This document shows, in pieces, positions 9,401-17,738 of a stretch of DNA of 64,000 nt. Made by a program: the position numbers and the translations under genes. The stretch covers positions 2,503 to 66,502 of the forward strand of contig CALXTI010000006.1 of the NCBI GenBank assembly GCA_944391395.1. The letters are read 5' to 3'. The stretch's first letter is position 1; every line of letters begins with the position of its first letter. Source of the stretch: an uncultured Alphaproteobacteria bacterium. GTDB lineage: Bacteria > Pseudomonadota > Alphaproteobacteria > RF32 > CAG-239. The notes beneath the pieces are model-generated. The model had not been told where the DNA came from and ran no database searches. It was given only the letters and a program-made list of their open reading frames with translations.

Positions 9401-10028
9401 CCAAATCAGACCCCGGCGCCGTGGCACAGAAATTGCAATCTTCTTTGCTGATGGCATTGCCGTCAACCGGAATCTTTTGCGCTTTGGCGTTTTGAGCGCT
9501 GACATTTGTTTCGTGCCAAGAAACAATAAAATTGTTTTGGACGTTCCCGGCAACAACCGGCGCCCAGTTCATGGTAATGTTACAAGTCTGATTGCCGCGA
9601 AGTTCCGCGCTTGTGCAACCATCGCTGTATGTGAAACCGTCAAAGGGCGGTTCGGCCAGTTTTACCGAAACAATGCGAATGGCGGCTTTGCCGTTGGTGC
9701 CTATCGTAAGCACGTTTTTGGCTTCCGTTCCCAAAACAACCTGTCCCATATTGACCGGGTTCGGCGTTGTGGTTATCGGCAATTCGCCTTCTTCAACGTC
9801 TTCAAACTCAATATTGTCCATTAACGGATTGACATTATTTCCCAAATTTAGAGCGTCGTCATCTTCGGTAAAAACAGGCTCTTCATATTCCGTCGTCGGC
9901 GCTCCGCTGGAAAACAAAAGCAGAAGTCCAAACAAAAACACGACAAAGGAAGTGATACCAACGATTAAAATAATACGATTGGTTTTACGAACATACCTTT
10001 CCGAATGGGTTAAGACTTCTTTGCTCAT
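6402..10028 (-). CDS. Membrane-anchored tandem-repeat protein (1208 aa). It has an N-terminal cytoplasmic segment, one TM helix, and then dozens of 17-aa repeats with consensus DENGNIIGxVxxDGxVV that degenerate toward the C-terminus.
   Basis: The TM segment is IILIVGITSFVVFLFGLLLLF. Counting residues gives a repeat period of 17 aa, which equals 51 nt. The gene is located between virB9 and virB10. Mirror-image antisense ORFs in the track (DNIAVF...) are a side effect of the nucleotide periodicity. Confidence 0.7.
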   Translation of the reverse strand: MSKEVLTHSERYVRKTNRIILIVGITSFVVFLFGLLLLFSSGAPTTEYEEPVFTEDDDALNLGNNVNPLMDNIEFEDVEEGELPITTTPNPVNMGQVVLGTEAKNVLTIGTNGKAAIRIVSVKLAEPPFDGFTYSDGCTSAELRGNQTCNITMNWAPVVAGNVQNNFIVSWHETNVSAQNAKAQKIPVDGNAISKEDCNFCATAPGSDLGEGMVIRDENGNIIGYITPDGRAVDLNGNELGIINTNNQVLDKDGNVIGKVTADETKTRIAYGPNGEVIGYIDEDGYVRDENGNIIGRVNEDGLIVDENGNIIGVAGNKKLIYDENGNVIGYVTADGQAVDFNGNPIGHLNADGTIVDSVGNIIGRGVDAGYVYDENGNIIGRVLEDGTVVDMEGNVIGRMNENGEVVDMNGNVIGYVSRSGQTAVDENGNPIGVVMPDNSIVDENGNVVGYVDENGDAYKLSGEQIGKMGPSRRLYYDENGNPIGYIDENGNIIDFNGNKIGQILEDGTILDANGNVIGRMLEDGTVVDKNGNIIGRAGEYVNLALDENGNVIGYINSKGEVIGRNGEVIGHVDKDGNIISNQAVKIGSVVRMELIPVTPAGTILGAVSSTGEIVNEKGQVFGRILPNTLIRDANGSKIIARGLRGGTIVGWGCSNVGQLNQDGTITKNGQEMPYSIYPDGGVYNVNGQFLGNVVPVGRVFDRQCNYLGTANEQGIVQTDNKRYVGCVNPDGTVLNDNGDIIGKVAQYKTAVNAEGQTIGRMTPGGTVVSGAMLPIGCSNEDGEVFNEDGAYQGNLIDKFYAFDLNGTYLNTFENDGSLILKQYPDARLLLHKYIVNGNNKIIGVAFPERNIVVNSNGDILGRLFADGNVYDGKGVVVDKIYGDGLSFYSGNVGKVLPTGAVVDTSGQKVGFVNPDGRVLTRFGEYLGRIDAKGRWLNDKGLYAGGVVVPGAAIGYDGSYLGYVKADGNVVSASGQTTGYESGDGLILDAEKNVLGEVVPMALMIDMFGNYSGYTNAIGDVADLTGKVMTAVLPGGSTDKGLSVLRRGVVIDFGGKIIGTVMPDGSVINTNNVVIGKVYSDGKAVNSEGRLIGETVSGDIVINNQDQVAGYVGFDGTIRNSGNVVIGKVLSGGLAIDNQNNVFGTIYKIGTAVLSDNGDYVGRLEAGGKVSGSSGENIGYLKNNGSFVNLDKNVAGYALQDVAQNRRN
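8250..9330 (-). repeat. Most regular core of the 51-nt in-frame tandem coding repeat array. A degenerate array extends from about 2900 to 9350 across both giant genes.
   Basis: Near-identical 20-25-nt cores recur every 51 nt. Examples are ccgataacgttgccgttttcgtc and ccgatgatattgccgttttc. Confidence 0.7.
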
Positions 10029-10044
10029 TGTTCTCCTATCCGTT

Positions 10045-11664
10045 TTATTGCACCCTTACAACGCTGCAGAAAACACCGTTGCGGCCAAGCTGGCTGCAAA
10101 TATTGTCGCCGGCATCAATCGATGAAACCGGACCTATCCTTAAATGGAACAGTTCCTTTCCCTGTCCGTCAGCCGGAGCGTCAACCGAGTAAAACGGTTG
10201 ATACGAGCTTAAAACTGAAGAATATTTCCTTGAAAGCTCGCTCCACAGATTTTCCAAATTGCTGACATCGGCATCCGTTCCGAGTTCAACCGAGATGCTG
10301 GCGGCATCGCTCCCTTCAAAGCCACTGCCATAGCGATATTTTGCAAAAACATCTTCATCATCGCCGGACATTGTTTTACTTTGATGCGGCAGCCGATGCA
10401 TTTTGCTGTAATCTATCCCATCATCGGCATCGCCGGCATATTTCGGCGACAACAATTCGCCGTCCGGGCCGACCCGCATTACGTTTTCGCCGACGACCTC
10501 ACCTTCCGTACCTTGACCTATGTTTCTTCCGTTTTGGGTTGAACCATTGTCATATCCCGAATTACGGGAAGAACGATTGGCAGCTGTCGCCGAAGAAGCT
10601 GCCCCTCCCGGAATTGCCGGCGGAACATCCCAATCATTCGTTTCGGCGTATGTAACATTATCCAATCCTTCGGCATCGTCACGACGCATTTTCAGGCAAA
10701 CAATACGCTTGCCGTTGCGCAACACCATGTCGCCGACACCTTCGACAATAATCAAACGATTGTTCGGCCCTTTCGTTCTGAAACCGACCGGCGTTTCAAC
10801 CCGTTCGACAATCAAGGTAACAATCGGACGTTGTATCATATTCAACGCCTTTTCACCCAAATCAATATAAGTGAAAATGTCATCATGCCAGACGCGTTCC
10901 GGCGCAATCACAACGTCATCCGGATTTGGCACATAAATTTCAATATCAAAGCGAAATTGAGACGGATCAAGCGGAATGCTTTTTATCCAATCTTCTTTTT
11001 GGAAACGTTTGGTAAAAGTTGAATCAACGGAATGATTATTGTTTCCGCGGTAAGAACTGGCATTAACGTGTCCGCCGCCGGAGCCGCTGCCAAGGCTTCC
11101 GACGGTGCTACCATTTTTTCCCGAATCAACCACTTCTATGTCAATAATCGAGTTAGTCAAACGTTCTGTATTCACCCCTTCGCTGCGAGCATAGAAAACA
11201 TATTTGTTGCCGGAACGGCCAAAAACAATGATGTTGGTGTCCACACCGACCATCGCGCCCTGCTTAGGATACAAAAGCAAAGTGCTGGGACCGGAAATTC
11301 TGCCGTCAAAGGTTTTGCTGTCGCCGATGTAGACGTCTTCAACCAATTCCCATTCCGGAAAATTAACCAACGTTATCATGCCTTCACGCAATCTTATCGG
11401 CAAGACCAAATCCGGCGTCCAGTAATAACGCGAATACGCCGGCTTGCTTTGCCCTTCGCCCAAATTTTGCAAAGGATCAAGCCATGCGCTTTGCATCATG
11501 CCCAGAGAGCTGATGCCTGTATAGCCCATGTTCATCGGCTGATACATTCCCTGGCTTTGATCCGCGTTTTGATTCAAGCTGTCTATTGTTGCCTGCCCGT
11601 TAGCCGCAAGCGGGATTGCGGCAAAAGCAAGAGCTGAAAAAATTTTTGTCAGATAACGTTTCAT
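10045..11664 (-). CDS. virB9: VirB9/TrbG-family protein with a C-terminal extension (539 aa). The extension is glycine/serine-rich and ends in a SPOR-like segment.
   Basis: It has a signal peptide MKRYLTKIFSALAFAAIPLAANGQ. Both VirB9 N- and C-domains are present (for example DDVVIAPERVWHDDIFTYIDLG). The C-terminus ELFHLRIGPVSSIDAGDNICSQLGRNGVFCSVVRV resembles a SPOR peptidoglycan-binding repeat. Confidence 0.75.
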   Translation of the reverse strand: MKRYLTKIFSALAFAAIPLAANGQATIDSLNQNADQSQGMYQPMNMGYTGISSLGMMQSAWLDPLQNLGEGQSKPAYSRYYWTPDLVLPIRLREGMITLVNFPEWELVEDVYIGDSKTFDGRISGPSTLLLYPKQGAMVGVDTNIIVFGRSGNKYVFYARSEGVNTERLTNSIIDIEVVDSGKNGSTVGSLGSGSGGGHVNASSYRGNNNHSVDSTFTKRFQKEDWIKSIPLDPSQFRFDIEIYVPNPDDVVIAPERVWHDDIFTYIDLGEKALNMIQRPIVTLIVERVETPVGFRTKGPNNRLIIVEGVGDMVLRNGKRIVCLKMRRDDAEGLDNVTYAETNDWDVPPAIPGGAASSATAANRSSRNSGYDNGSTQNGRNIGQGTEGEVVGENVMRVGPDGELLSPKYAGDADDGIDYSKMHRLPHQSKTMSGDDEDVFAKYRYGSGFEGSDAASISVELGTDADVSNLENLWSELSRKYSSVLSSYQPFYSVDAPADGQGKELFHLRIGPVSSIDAGDNICSQLGRNGVFCSVVRVQ

Positions 11665-11684
11665 ATCTTAATACACCTTTTTAC

Positions 11685-12431
11685 TTATTCCGCCTCATTG
11701 TGCGAAAGCGAATACCTGGTTACGGTAAACCCGACCGGATTGTTCAAGCGTTCGCCATACTTAACAACTTTTTTTCGATACATAATCCTTAAAGAGGCTG
11801 TCCAGTAGTTGACTTCCGGAGCCGCAGAATCCGGATACATATCCCGGGTTTCATACTCCACTTGCCACAAACCTCTGCCCAATTCATTGACGGTCATAAT
11901 CCGCACCATGCGATTTAATCCCCTGGTTCTGATAATATCCAGAGCCTGATTGGCCGTGCGGTCGATAAACGCCTGATAAACCGTCGGCGTTGACATTTCC
12001 TGCAACGGTCCGCCCGGCATCCAGCGAGATTCCATCTCCTGAACGTCATTGGTGAAAGCGCTTCTTAAAAGCACATACTCACGTACAAAAACTTCCGTAA
12101 TGGCTTTTTGATCTTCCATATTGGAAAGCGGTACAATATCATACACCTGTTCTTCCTTGTTTTCAAAAGTCAAAAGAAAAGGCTCTATCCGATACAAGGG
12201 AAGAAGTTGGGCAATCGCCAAAATTAAAACAAAATTGCAACACAAACTGATGGCCACGACCACGGCAAATGCACGAGCCGTCCATAAATATCTTTTTTCA
12301 CTTGCGTTGACGACAATCTCGTCTTCTTCACGACGACGCGGCTGAGGCCGACGAACAACTTTCCGCGGCATGGCGTTTCCGTTGCCGAGCAAACGTTGTT
12401 CCGTGTTGTTTATGCCTAAACGATCCGCCAT
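11685..12431 (-). CDS. virB8: VirB8 (bitopic, NTF2-like periplasmic domain)
   Basis: It has an N-terminal TM helix. The REYVLLRSAFTND motif and the C-terminal NPVGFTVTRYS signature are shared with the paralog at 12774-13532. Confidence 0.8.
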   Translation of the reverse strand: MADRLGINNTEQRLLGNGNAMPRKVVRRPQPRRREEDEIVVNASEKRYLWTARAFAVVVAISLCCNFVLILAIAQLLPLYRIEPFLLTFENKEEQVYDIVPLSNMEDQKAITEVFVREYVLLRSAFTNDVQEMESRWMPGGPLQEMSTPTVYQAFIDRTANQALDIIRTRGLNRMVRIMTVNELGRGLWQVEYETRDMYPDSAAPEVNYWTASLRIMYRKKVVKYGERLNNPVGFTVTRYSLSHNEAE

Positions 12432-12438
12432 AATACAC

Positions 12439-12627
12439 CTATATCGTTGCTACAAACCAATCCGGAAGTGTTTTTGGTAATTCTATTTCAATGCATGCGC
12501 ATGGCGAAAGTTTCAGTTCGTTCACATCTTTACCTATGCCGACCGGTTCCGGCTCATAATACGAACCAAACAGCCCGCATGCCGATAAAATCAGAATAGC
12601 AATCAACAAAACAACTTTTTTATACAT
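12439..12627 (-). CDS. virB7: Small lipoprotein, a VirB7-like candidate (62 aa)
   Basis: The signal peptide has a lipobox (LLIAILILSAC-G). Its small size and position between two virB8 genes and upstream of virB9 match the rvh-type order. Confidence 0.5.
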   Translation of the reverse strand: MYKKVVLLIAILILSACGLFGSYYEPEPVGIGKDVNELKLSPCACIEIELPKTLPDWFVATI

Positions 12628-12773
12628 TGCAATGTTCCTTTTATATATGTCCAGACATTATCACATTAAACTTTTTCTTTTTAAAAGTCTAACATGAAGC
12701 TCTTACATCCCCAACTTATCAACAAGTTAGAAGAATGTTTTATGGTATCATAAATGAAAAAGATTAATATAAA

Positions 12774-13532
12774 TTAAAGAATTTCAACTTCCGTTTGAGA
12801 ATATCTTGTCACGGTAAAGCCTAAAGGATTCATCAAGCGTTTTGACATGAACAGGCGCTCAGGCACGAAAAATGCCGTAACAGAAGCCGTCCAATACTTT
12901 GTAACAAGAACCAAACTTCCGGTTGCATCGTTACGAACATCGGGCGACAGGTCATAAGTGCGAAAATCAACTTTCCATACCGGACTTTTTTCGCCGCCGA
13001 CTTTGCCGATGGATATAATTTCCACATCACGCACGATTTTGTCTCGAAGCAATCTGTTGAGTTCTTGTTCACGACCTTTGTCGAACTCGGCAAAAACTTG
13101 CGAAGACGACATATATGCGACCATGCCGCCGCCAAACCACCGGGTTTGCATTTCTCGTTCATCGCTTAGCACCGTGTTGCGCAAAATAACATACTGACGG
13201 ATAAAGTTTTCCATCATCTGCCTTGAAGACGCCATATCGGGTGCAATCGGCTCATAACGTACCATTGTATCGGAGCTGTCTTGCCGGATAATCAAAAACG
13301 GTTCCACCATCACTTCCGGAGCTAGGCGAAACAACACCAATGAGGCACTGGCAAAAAAGCCCAAAGACAGAATGGCAAACAAAATCACCAACCGCGACAA
13401 CCAGCAATAATAGCTCTCTTTAGCGCCTTTTAATTCAGGGCTTTGATCCGTCACATACTCAAAATGCGTTTGCGGTGCATTGGCATCGGTAATTGCCAGT
13501 GTTTTATTGCCATTTCCCAGTTGTTCTACCAT
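12774..13532 (-). CDS. virB8: VirB8 paralog
   Basis: It has a TM helix, the IRQYVILRNTVLSDEREMQTRW motif and the C-terminal NPLGFTVTRYS signature. It is a paralog of the gene at 11685-12431. Confidence 0.8.
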   Translation of the reverse strand: MVEQLGNGNKTLAITDANAPQTHFEYVTDQSPELKGAKESYYCWLSRLVILFAILSLGFFASASLVLFRLAPEVMVEPFLIIRQDSSDTMVRYEPIAPDMASSRQMMENFIRQYVILRNTVLSDEREMQTRWFGGGMVAYMSSSQVFAEFDKGREQELNRLLRDKIVRDVEIISIGKVGGEKSPVWKVDFRTYDLSPDVRNDATGSLVLVTKYWTASVTAFFVPERLFMSKRLMNPLGFTVTRYSQTEVEIL

Positions 13533-13543
13533 TTTTTGTCCTG

Positions 13544-16500
13544 TTATTCATAAACTATGCAATACGGTTCTTCAAAATTATTTAAATTATCTTCAAACAC
13601 GTCTTGCGCTTCTTTATCATATTCATCGCGCGCGGCATTGTCGGCCTGCTTGCTTTTAATTTTTTCCGCAAGCTCGCTGTCGCCTGCCATGTTGTCGTTT
13701 AGCTGCACCAGCTCATCGCTGTCCATCTGCAACGCACCGGCAATATTATCGACTTTGGTTAATTTTTCTTCCAAAACATCGTTGAGCGGCTGAATCGATT
13801 GTATAATGTTTACAGATTCTTCAACATAGTCGTTTTTGGCAGAATCAAGCGCCGACATAATTTCATTATAAGTATCATCGTCCGAAAGGTCAAAGTCTTC
13901 TGCCGGTTTATATTCGACATCCTCAAGTTGTTCCTTGATTTTCTGCCGAGTGTTTTCTACTTTGACATCCAGCTGATCCAAATTGTCCTGATAGAGCATC
14001 TCCTGTTCGATAAAATCCAAGAAATTGCCAAATTGATTACGCGTCAACAATTCTTTTTTATAAATATCCTCCAACGCCAAATCTTCTTCGCTCACATCAC
14101 CGGCCGTTTCCAGATTTTCGTAAAATTCCATAATCTTTTGTACACGGTCGCTAAAAGTCAGGCCATCTTTATAAGCCAAGACGGTCGCCAGTTCACTCGT
14201 CAATTCTTTTTCCGGAACTTTGTTTAAAGTGCCGCTCACGCTGCCGTCAACAAGATGAACCTGAACAAAGTAACTCACTTCACCTGTTAGCTCATTTACA
14301 TGACGCGTGATGCTGATTGAATTGATGTCGGGACAAACCCGGTTGATATTGCCGGTAGCGCCGGAGACATGATACTGACCGTTGCGGATTGTAACATCAT
14401 ATTTGCCGGTTGTGCAGGGATATCCCGGTTTGATGGCATCAAGCGCGGCCGAATTATGCGATAAGATTTTTTCAATATCGACATCTCTTTCCACAAAACC
14501 TTTCCGACCTAAAATCCGCTGCCAAATTCCCGGTAAATCTTGCCCCATGTCAAGGAAATCTTCTCTTGTCGTCATCCAGGTGTCTGATTTGATAATATCG
14601 GCAAAATCGACCGTGTCAAAATGTATGATTTCACGCAGCGGCGCCGTCGGCGTCGTGGCAATAATTTCGGGCGCCATAAAGTCTCGCGGCTTGGGCGGCA
14701 ACCCGACGAAATATTCATCATCGCTTTTATAACACGCATCACCCGGACAAATTTCGGCAAACGCGGCTTGCGTGATTATTTCTTCGGCAATGCCGTTAAT
14801 CGCCGATGGACTGCCCAAAAGCGACAATAACGTTCCGGTTATGGAAATATCAATTTCGGGACGCTGCATATTATTCAACATACGTTTATGAATAGCGACA
14901 ATTTCGTTGTGATAATCGCTTTCGAAACGATTGTTTTCCATGTTATCAATAGCTTCGGCCGCATTTCTGATTTCTGCCAACATCTGACTGCGGACGCGTT
15001 CCGCCGCATTATCCGAAACATTAATCATAGCGCTCAGAATCGAGCGGGTAACACTGTTTGCCCCCGTGGTCGTTCTTAAAATGCCGGAAAGAAAATCGCT
15101 CTCGCCAAGCGTTTGAGACGAAACATCGTTTTGAAGAGCAAGCAAAGCATTTTTTACCGTGGCAAGGCTTTGTGCTTCCAAGCTTGACGCATCAGCGGCA
15201 AAATCGTTTTTGGCGCGGGTGATTTCTTCTTCTTTATCCGCCAATTCGATTTTAAGTTCATCAATGCTTTCACGCTGTGTTTCTATGCCCGGCAAAACGC
15301 TTTCCGCCGTTTGTTCAGCTTCGGCAATCGCGGTATCGGATTCAGCCATTGATGATTCCGCCGTCGCTTCAAAATTGCTCATGGAACCCGGAGATTTTGC
15401 CTTACGTTCCTGCGAAATTTCAATGACGACTTTTTGCCCTTCTATGTTTCCTTCGGCGGAGGCCTTATCTTCCATAGCCGTATTATAGGTTGTCTTCAAA
15501 TCATTTAAGGCTATGTTTTCGTTGTCAAGATTTTCATATATGGAAGTTTTCTGGTTGTTCAACGAAGCCATCTTGGCGTTAAAAGAGTTGCGCAAGCCGT
15601 CGATTGCTTTGTCAACATTATCCTGAACCTCCTCAATATTTGCAAACGCCTGAGAAATTGACGCATTTTCTTTAAGTGCGTTTTCCAGTTTTTCCAAAAC
15701 CCGGCTGTTATATTCTTTGATGTCTGAAAAACTGAGCGTTTCGCTTATCATGCCTTTGGAAGGAATCATGTCGTTGATTTTTTGCGCAAGTTTGATAACA
15801 GAGGGACGCAAATCCATCGCTTTGACATAAATTTCCATGTTTTTATATTTTTCATTCAAATACTGATCATAAACAAGCTTTACATCATCCCACATGGGGT
15901 ATTCGGCTTTTACCGCCCCCCATTCCGACGTGCCGGCGACCATATCTTTGCCAAGTTGTTTGGCGGCTTCGGCGCCGATTTGCCAGGAAATCAAGCCCTG
16001 TTCCCGAATAGTTGCTTCCGTTTTCGGCTCATCACTCGGACGCAGCAAAGAACTGTCCGCCGTGCCTGATGACGCCTCAGCGCCGTACTGCTCGTTTAAA
16101 GAGCTTAATTGCGAAACATCCGCCTCTACGCTTTCATCGGTCATGCTGGCGGCAAAGTCCTCCATTCCGAGATCAAGCGTTTTTTCTGCTTTGGCGGCTT
16201 TGTACGCCGAAATCAGCCATCCGGAAAAGCCCTCGCGGCTTGAATAATCGGTTACATCATAGCTGCTGCAAATTTTAGATTTGTTGTCTGCGCATAAAAC
16301 ATCTCCCGGCAACAGATTTTTCAATGTTTCCGAGGTTAATTGGCGGTCCGTATCACATGAAATCGTGCGGCCGTTCCTTTTGCAGCCGCGGCCATACCAC
16401 ATTTCCACCGGGTCCGTATAATAGTTGCCGACATAATTTACGTTGCAGCTTTCGGATTTCAGCAGCTGTTCCACGGCTTTTTCGTGCAAGGCTTTCATTT

Positions 16501-17728
16501 TGTTGTATTCAATAAAAATCTTGCGATATTCCGGCAACTGCTGTTTCAAGTTGTGCACTTTCAAGGCTTTTTGCAAATATTGATACGCGTTGTTGGCAAG
16601 CATGGACGATTGAAACTGCTCGGCCGTTCCGGCAAAAGGCGATTTAACGTTATAAGATTTGGGCTGGACGCTTTCCAGATTTGGGTCCGGTTGTTCGGCC
16701 GCGGCATTGTTGCCGGTCAAAACCATTCCGCCAAAAGTTTCAACTTTGGCAGAAGCGTTTTCGCCTGAGGCTTTGGCGGTTGCCGCGGATGTCGAGGCCG
16801 CAGTGGTCGCGGCGGTTGCGGCAGTCGGAGAAGCCATGGCGGTCGCAGCGGTTGTGGCGGTTTTGGCCGAAAACATCTGAGCAAAAGCCATCGGGCGGGT
16901 TTGGGAATATATCAAGACATCGTTAGAACTTACTTTTTCGCCGTCGGCGGTTTCTTCTTCGGTTTCCTCAATCGGCTCAATTCCCGCCAACACGGCTTGA
17001 GCCACTCCATACTGTGCTTTCAAAGCCATTAATTCTTCGGTGATTTTGAGCATGGAATCATATATGACGTTCAGTTTGTAGTAGTTGCTCCAGACGCCCA
17101 ATTCTTCTTCGGAGGAAGATGCGCCGGCGCAGCTGCTGGCGTTGGAACTCTCACCTTTAACATAACATGTGCTTAACTCGTCATATTCGGCTTTCAAGGC
17201 GGCCATTTTTTCTTCCAAATCGCGGACGGTGATGTAGGCTTCTATCATGGCGTCGTTGCCGAATTCCACGGCTTTGTCGCGATAAGCCTGTTTGACGGCA
17301 CGTTCGTTTTCGGGATATTTTTCCAGAATATCCGCCGGATAAGTCAAAAACAAGGTATGAAAAGCCTCAACGATTGATTCTTCGTTCGTGATGTCGGCGA
17401 TTTTACATTTTTCAATGGTGCGGACGCTGGCCAAATTCGGCTTGCCCTCTTCTTTGCCGAACAAGGTTTCCTGCAATTTGAGTTTGACCTTGTCGGCAAA
17501 ACTTTTGAGTTTGCCGATTGTTTCGCTTTGGAGTTTTTGCAGATTATCTTGCACGGTCAAAGCCTGCGCACTGTATGCCTCCACGGTTTCCGCAGCGTCG
17601 GTTAAAAAGTCGATGGTCGGACTAAGTGGCGTCGGCGGAACGGGAGATTGCGCTTTGGCAACATCAATCCTCAACAGCGCGGCAAAGCCTGCCAGCAAAA
17701 TCCATATGTACAAATTATGTTTTTTCAT
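13544..17728 (-). CDS. Secreted 1394-aa protein. It is coiled-coil-rich with Ala/Thr-rich low-complexity tracts and has no recognisable catalytic domain. It sits where virB6 would normally be in the operon.
   Basis: It has a signal peptide MKKHNLYIWILLAGFAALLRIDVAKAQ and no internal TM helices. It shares an RPMAFAQM(F/A)S(A/F)KT motif with the 622-aa protein. Confidence 0.6.
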   Translation of the reverse strand: MKKHNLYIWILLAGFAALLRIDVAKAQSPVPPTPLSPTIDFLTDAAETVEAYSAQALTVQDNLQKLQSETIGKLKSFADKVKLKLQETLFGKEEGKPNLASVRTIEKCKIADITNEESIVEAFHTLFLTYPADILEKYPENERAVKQAYRDKAVEFGNDAMIEAYITVRDLEEKMAALKAEYDELSTCYVKGESSNASSCAGASSSEEELGVWSNYYKLNVIYDSMLKITEELMALKAQYGVAQAVLAGIEPIEETEEETADGEKVSSNDVLIYSQTRPMAFAQMFSAKTATTAATAMASPTAATAATTAASTSAATAKASGENASAKVETFGGMVLTGNNAAAEQPDPNLESVQPKSYNVKSPFAGTAEQFQSSMLANNAYQYLQKALKVHNLKQQLPEYRKIFIEYNKMKALHEKAVEQLLKSESCNVNYVGNYYTDPVEMWYGRGCKRNGRTISCDTDRQLTSETLKNLLPGDVLCADNKSKICSSYDVTDYSSREGFSGWLISAYKAAKAEKTLDLGMEDFAASMTDESVEADVSQLSSLNEQYGAEASSGTADSSLLRPSDEPKTEATIREQGLISWQIGAEAAKQLGKDMVAGTSEWGAVKAEYPMWDDVKLVYDQYLNEKYKNMEIYVKAMDLRPSVIKLAQKINDMIPSKGMISETLSFSDIKEYNSRVLEKLENALKENASISQAFANIEEVQDNVDKAIDGLRNSFNAKMASLNNQKTSIYENLDNENIALNDLKTTYNTAMEDKASAEGNIEGQKVVIEISQERKAKSPGSMSNFEATAESSMAESDTAIAEAEQTAESVLPGIETQRESIDELKIELADKEEEITRAKNDFAADASSLEAQSLATVKNALLALQNDVSSQTLGESDFLSGILRTTTGANSVTRSILSAMINVSDNAAERVRSQMLAEIRNAAEAIDNMENNRFESDYHNEIVAIHKRMLNNMQRPEIDISITGTLLSLLGSPSAINGIAEEIITQAAFAEICPGDACYKSDDEYFVGLPPKPRDFMAPEIIATTPTAPLREIIHFDTVDFADIIKSDTWMTTREDFLDMGQDLPGIWQRILGRKGFVERDVDIEKILSHNSAALDAIKPGYPCTTGKYDVTIRNGQYHVSGATGNINRVCPDINSISITRHVNELTGEVSYFVQVHLVDGSVSGTLNKVPEKELTSELATVLAYKDGLTFSDRVQKIMEFYENLETAGDVSEEDLALEDIYKKELLTRNQFGNFLDFIEQEMLYQDNLDQLDVKVENTRQKIKEQLEDVEYKPAEDFDLSDDDTYNEIMSALDSAKNDYVEESVNIIQSIQPLNDVLEEKLTKVDNIAGALQMDSDELVQLNDNMAGDSELAEKIKSKQADNAARDEYDKEAQDVFEDNLNNFEEPYCIVYE

Positions 17729-17738
17729 CGCCTTCTCC

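Noticed and set aside
7305-9824. Many plus-strand ORFs of 70-180 aa in the track (for example 8280-8615, 8985-9311, 9477-9824)
   Set aside because: They are antisense to the giant repeat gene and show mirror-image periodic peptides (DNIAVF...). They are artefacts of the nucleotide periodicity and not genes.
11032-11637. A 201-aa plus-strand ORF and others antisense to virB9, and similar antisense ORFs inside virB10, virB4, addA, addB and ftsH
   Set aside because: They are fully embedded antisense within well-supported genes and have no RBS context. They are spurious.
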